This document shows positions 61,457 to 64,000 of a stretch of 64,000 bases of DNA, in pieces. Within the stretch, counting starts at the first letter, position 1. Each line of letters opens with the position of its first letter. The position numbers were made by a program, and so were the translations under genes. Source of the stretch: Carcharhinus amblyrhynchos (Eukaryota). Under the pieces are notes generated by a model. It was not told the DNA's origin and ran no database searches. It saw nothing but the letters and a program-made list of their open reading frames with translations. The stretch lies in NCBI GenBank assembly GCA_965287045.1, contig OZ336880.1:41044001-41108000 (forward strand). Reading direction: 5' to 3'.

Positions 61457-63342
61457 GTAATGTGATACAATGTCAAAGCTTAACCAACAGAGTTTCATAT
61501 TTTGAAATTATTCTCTTGAATTCAATTTGTTGTCTTCTGTTTTGTATGAAAAATATTAATCTAATTATTAATACTTATGGAAGATGTTCAGTTTACCAAG
61601 AGTGTGAGGTAACACCTAAGGACTATGTTGCTACTTTTGATTAAATCATAATTTTAAATTTTGTGAAATTCTAAAGCACACTTTATTGCGTATATTGTGT
61701 AAATCGTGTTACTAAATTATATTACCACAGCTTTGATTTTCCCTGTTATTAAAATTGCCATAGTACAATTGTTATATCTAAGTTGACTTCTTAAATGAAA
61801 GTGCTTTAAATGTTTGAACTAATTCACCAAGCAAGTTAATGGAGAGAAAAGCATTGAATTGACTCAAATTTTGTATAATGCTGTGTTAATGTACTAGGAT
61901 TAATTTGTACAGGTTATTTCTCACTTGTGATTTCACTTATGAATAACCACTTAAGTTGCAATAAGCACCATAGAATACAAATGCATGCTGTTTGGACAGA
62001 AATCCATCTTTATAATTCTAACTGAGTGAGTCACAACTGCAATAATAGCATGAAATGGAAAATATCTAACTGTTTCCTTTGATTTGAAGGAAATAAAAAG
62101 TGACGCATTAACAACCAGCGTTTAATCCAAAAATTGTGGAAATTTGGGCTTACAAACTTAATTATATATTACTCCTATTTATTTGTTACACATTAACTTG
62201 TCAGTTATCAATTTACAATACACATTCGGACAAGATGCATCCAAAATCTGAACAAATTTAACATTAATTCTATAAATCATACCTTCCAGTTATTACACCC
62301 TGTTTGATATTTTTCCTTTCTGTCCTTTGTGTTCTTCTATTGCCATTCTGTTTTCTTCTGAAGGCATTAGACAGAATTTACTGCACAGGCCTGGTAGTCA
62401 ATCAAAGGAAATTGGTTAGGGAGGCCTACAGCCACATTTCCAACCCTGCTAGTGATGCTTTTGATTTTCCTCCACCCAGGTTAGGAAAGCAGCTGATCAG
62501 CTATTCACTCTCCCAGCATGTGCTAATGAGAATGGGGCACATTTCCCTGTCCTTTGACATAGTGACCAACCTTAGGAATCACCAGAAATGGGGCAGCAAT
62601 AGACTGTATCATAATAACAGAAGTCCCTTTTGAAGAGAGAGAACCAAATAATCGGGTTTTCTCTCTCTCTTCAGGAAACTCAAAGAGACCTAAAATAATA
62701 TTGCTCAGATGTTGTTTTACTGTATTTATAGATTCCCTGTCCCCTTTAAATAGGATTTCTCCTTTTGTGGTGTTACAGTGGGTGTGCTGTTGTAGCAATG
62801 CTGCATCTTCCCCAATGGTAGCGTCAGGCTCCCCCATTATACTCGGAGCTCTCCTTACTTAGATAAACAGCAATGGCCCTGAAAAGCTGATCGGAGTCAT
62901 GACAGGGTCAAATGACAGTTAGAGATACTTCTTAACTCTTCTCTGGGAGAATTTATCCTGAAGGAAAATCCTGGCATGTGCCTCTTTGCTGGGCTATAGT
63001 TTCAGGGCTAACTGAGCACTTTCCAGTAGTTTACCCAACTAGTTATAATGTGACTGTGTGCTTTGACAGTGAGTCCCACAAGTTATTTGAAGAGATCTTC
63101 AACCCATCTTTAACAAGCATCATTGTGCAGCAATCAAGGAGGGAGTCCCAGACCCAAGCCTGAGTGTGATGTGGCTAAATGCAGCAGCCACATCAACGAA
63201 TGTCAACCAACTTAATAAAAACTACGGATCAAATCTCAACTTTTCCAATAGCCTCAATTACTCACAATTTAAAATCACTCACACATCATTTAGTCTTCAT
63301 AACCAATTATACTGAAAGTTCTTAATTTGTTTTATTCTGTAG

Positions 63343-63645
63343 AGCCACCTGGCAAGCCACAGAATCCAAGAGTTACAGACACAACAAGAACATCTGTATC
63401 CATTGCCTGGAGTCCACCAGAAGAGGAGGGAGGTTCCAAGGTCTCAGGCTACCTTATTGAGATGCAGAAGGTTGACCAGTATGAATGGACTAAATGCAAT
63501 ACTACTCCAACAAAAATATGTGAATACACGCTGACTCACATGCCACAGGGAGCTGAATACAGGTTCCGTGTCATCGCAGTTAATGCTGGTGGTCCTGGTG
63601 AGCCAGCTGATGTGCCAGGAACCGTTAAAATCACTGAAATGCTAG
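63343..63645 (+). CDS. TTN: Titin exon (~ex351, FN3 A159)
   Basis: TAG acceptor, EPPGKPQNP...ITEML, donor GTGAGA; 303 nt. Confidence 0.95.
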
Positions 63646-63833
63646 GTGAGAAATGCTAAGATTGCTGCAGTTTGTGTCATGTCATGCCTCATGTTATGCT
63701 ATGCCAAATTTAGGTTCTGCTATTAATCCATTAATTAACCAAGTCTGTTGCATTGTACAGTGCAAATTCACAGTTGTCAGCCATCCAAAACTGTCCAACA
63801 TAACCTGAAAAGAAACCTCACCTACAATGCACT

Positions 63834-64000
63834 CATAGAACATAGAACACTATAGCACAAACAGGCCCTTCGGCCCACAAGTTGCGCCGATCACTTCTAT
63901 ACCTACTAAGCCATAGACCTATCTATAACCCCCAATCCCATTACATCCCATATATTCATCCAGAAGTCTTTTAAAAGACCCCAGCGAGTTCGCCTCTACC
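63834..64000 (-). mobile_element. CR1 LINE 3' end (runs off window)
   Basis: CATAGAACATAGAACA...ACAGGCCCTTCGGCCCACAAGTTG is the reverse-strand tandem tail and hairpin of elasmobranch CR1. Confidence 0.8.

Larger units (their letters stand above)
1..63645 (+). other. TTN: Titin gene, A-band segment (partial gene; about domains A23-A159, D-zone end plus C-zone super-repeats C1-C11)
   Basis: Continuous spliced frame of FN3 (PGPP...DGGS.I..Y.VE...Y.FRV.A.N..G.G.P) and Ig I-set (G.P.P...W.K...D.G.Y) domains in titin's Ig-FN2-Ig-FN3 then Ig-FN2-Ig-FN3-Ig-FN3 pattern; 57 exons, all phase-1 GT-AG introns. Confidence 0.98.

Overview
This window is a eukaryotic multi-exon gene: the A-band part of titin (TTN) on the + strand. 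The intronic repeats (HE1-type V-SINE, CR1 LINEs, Penelope-type termini) point to a cartilaginous fish, most likely a shark. I traced 57 coding exons by hand (the first cut by the window edge) and 56 complete GT-AG introns. Every intron is phase 1 and every complete exon length is a multiple of 3. Exon order matches human TTN exons ~295-351 (363-exon numbering, recalled from memory), including a 17,103-nt giant exon (exon 326 equivalent). The encoded Ig/FN3 domains run from about A23 to A159: the end of the 7-domain D-zone repeats and C-zone super-repeats C1-C11 (C11 incomplete). The kinase and M-band lie beyond the window. 46 introns are 77-243 nt; 10 are expanded, mostly by nested transposons. 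I found no convincing new protein-coding system. The most interesting non-coding signals are decayed hammerhead-ribozyme-bearing Penelope-type termini in sense orientation (one with a perfect 12-bp TSD), a family of PIF/Harbinger-like TIR elements (some carrying G-quadruplex-like arrays), and muscle transcription-factor motif clusters in two late introns.
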